DNA of 64,000 bases, from NCBI GenBank assembly GCA_051362555.1, contig CM120647.1, positions 16,406,651 through 16,470,650 of the forward strand, given 5' to 3'. Of the stretch, positions 61,567 through 64,000 are shown piece after piece (the first letter of the stretch is position 1; every line of letters starts with the position of its first letter). The notes beneath the pieces are model-generated. The model was given only the letters and a program-made list of their open reading frames with translations, did no database searches and had not been told where the DNA came from. The translations under genes and the position numbers were made by a program. The stretch comes from Lingula anatina (lineage: Eukaryota; Animalia; Brachiopoda).

Positions 61567-63874
61567 CAGCGGGGAGAAAAAGATAATTACCGACAGTATA
61601 ACGACTCGCAGTTCTTGTGTCTTCATTTACCGCTATTTTTAGCCCCCAGCCCGCGATGAGGTGAGGTTTTGTTTGAAGAAATAACTTAAACACGCGAAAG
61701 CAAACTTAGGATCAACGTAAATAGTTTGCTATCGGGTAGCAATCACTGTTTTCACAAATTAAAGCGAAGAGGAAGGCCGACATAGCGTCCAAGTGTGACA
61801 CCGGAAACGCTGCTATAACTGTAGGGGCCGTCTCAAAACCTAAAGTACCAAAATTAAACATGTACACACTGTATGTGAAAGCGCCTCCTATACTCTTTTT
61901 TTTTCAGTTATCTTTGCTTTTATTTTTAACGTTCGACGCAGTTAAGCAGGCCTATAAGTCGAAGAATTAATATTTTTCTTCTTTATCTTAATCTAGAAAC
62001 ATATTCAATTTCTGCGGTAAGGTCTATTAGGTACAGTTTATCTGTTGATTCATAAATTACATGCAATCATTGTATAGTCGTAAGACCAGCAGAAAACCAC
62101 CTGAGAGAATGAAATGGACAATAGAAAAAATGCACAAATTTTAAACTTCATTCTGTGTTGAGTGTTATTAACGTTCAAGTAGTTAATTTTGAAATTGCAT
62201 CAGGCTTCGGGCTGTTGCTTGAAAGACAAACTCTCGATAGACCCATTGATATTTATCTGCTAAAAACAAAAAGGAAAAGAAATGGCGCGTCGTTCAAAAC
62301 TCAGATCGGTCCAAAACCGGTTAAAATCCTACCACGTGATCGGGCCTCAGATTTATGAATGAACTGTGCTTAGATGTATTTTGTATTAAAGGATATTATC
62401 AAGTATGCATAGCGTGGTTATCGCCACAGTAAACAAATACTCATTGATGAGAAAAGAATTTCGTGCATTTCTTAATAAACAAAATTAGTCCTAGGCTTAA
62501 GCGTTTTTGGATATCGCCTTTTACCTTGTGGACGCTACCACGCACCTGAATTAATTAGATGGTATCTACGATATTTAAGTCACCTTTTCCTTGTTCATCG
62601 GCTGTAACATCTACCAGTCGCTAATGGACAAATTTGCTGCTGACACGGGCAGGTACGAGATAGATTGGTCGGTCTACACTGTCCCGTTTGGAGCGACAAA
62701 GACGCTACTGGTTCACCGAATGTAAAACTCTCCCCCAACTTTGATGGAAGGGTTTTTTTTTCTTGTTTTGTGAAAGCGGTGTGGACTCTTTAGGACTATT
62801 TAGAAGAGTGCTCATGTGTTGCAGCGGGTGATTTAATTGCATTACAAGGGGTTCAAATTCCATGAAAATTCTTAACCTGTGAATGTCATTTCTTTTTTTC
62901 TTTCTTTTCTTTTTCTAATTAATTAATTTATTTATTTATTTGTTTTTGTAAAAGTCTCATAAAAATCGAAAAAAAAAACAACAACTGTGATAATTTAGTT
63001 AAATCATCCAAGTCAAGGTTTTCGATTCATACAGCGATTGGTTTTCACAGTTACATTTATTATCTGGGTTTGAACACAATCTGGTCCAAGCTGAAGGGAA
63101 CTGTGAGAGACACGATCCAGAACAGTGTGTGTAAACCTTCCTTCCTGTTTCTTAATGGTAACGGGTGACTGTAGATCTATCGTGATAGCGAACACCTGCA
63201 TTTGATTAGAAATCCTGTAATAGTGGTAAAACTACTACGGTGTACGTTATAATTTACAGGTTGTAAGAATTCGTTTGCACGTACGGCCTCTCAATCTCTT
63301 CCCTGAAGCTATATAGTAGTTTATTACTGACATGTCGTAAGAGAAGTTTTTTTCTTTTAAACATCAAAGTTTCGTGTTCGTTGGTGGTGCATACTTTACG
63401 TTGTAAGCCATCAATTTTTGCACGAGATTTTGAGATTTTAGATGTTAAAACATCTCACTCCTTTCATCAACCCTAAAGTTGCCTAACGTGTTGTTTTTTA
63501 CCAATTGCTATTTGATTTCACTGCACAACTACAAATTTATCCTGAACTTTACTGGACTAGAATTTTCAGTGTTAAGATTCTGACCAATTTTCTAAGTATA
63601 GAGTTAGTGCTTCAAACCAACCCCTATGCTGTCAACGGTATAAACTTCCTGGCACGGGTTGATATATGGACCGCACCTGTTGCTGTCACCTCTCTTCTTA
63701 CCTGTACATGTCACATGTCGCACACCTGCTTGTCAACCCTGGTGTCAGCCTTCCACCTCACCTGTCAAATCAGGGGACCGCGAAGATGAATATCATCGGG
63801 GAGCAAGGGGGGGGGTATGGTGTTTTTGATGCTCTCTGACTCTGTTATTTTGTCTTTTATTTATCGCTCGCTGG

Positions 63875-63914
<40 letters not shown>

Positions 63915-64000
63915 AATCAAACCAATGTTCCGTACGATTGACTTTACTACACTATCCACATTTCACGGGCCTTTGGTGTTTACTCATTAATTTTTTAACA

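Overview
AT-rich, intron-rich animal genomic DNA, not prokaryotic. An invertebrate, possibly mollusc-like, origin is inferred from repeat style only. Exon chains were assembled by hand from GT-AG boundaries with reading-frame checks. Genes in order: a secreted CTHRC1-domain protein with a coiled coil instead of collagen repeats (-), plus a disabled exon-1 duplicate; RagC/D GTPase (-) head-to-head with a ZnT2-like zinc transporter (+); LACTB2 (-) head-to-head with Hippo/STK3-4 kinase (+); and the 3' five exons of BMP5-8/gbb (-), whose first exon probably lies beyond the window. Non-genic features are a ~1.43-1.46 kb tandem array carrying tRNA-like cassettes, a ~322 bp tRNA-bearing mini LTR retrotransposon with a nested DNA transposon, a Tc1/mariner-type non-autonomous element, several MITEs, and many local duplications that copy exon-intron junctions ('splice-site echoes').
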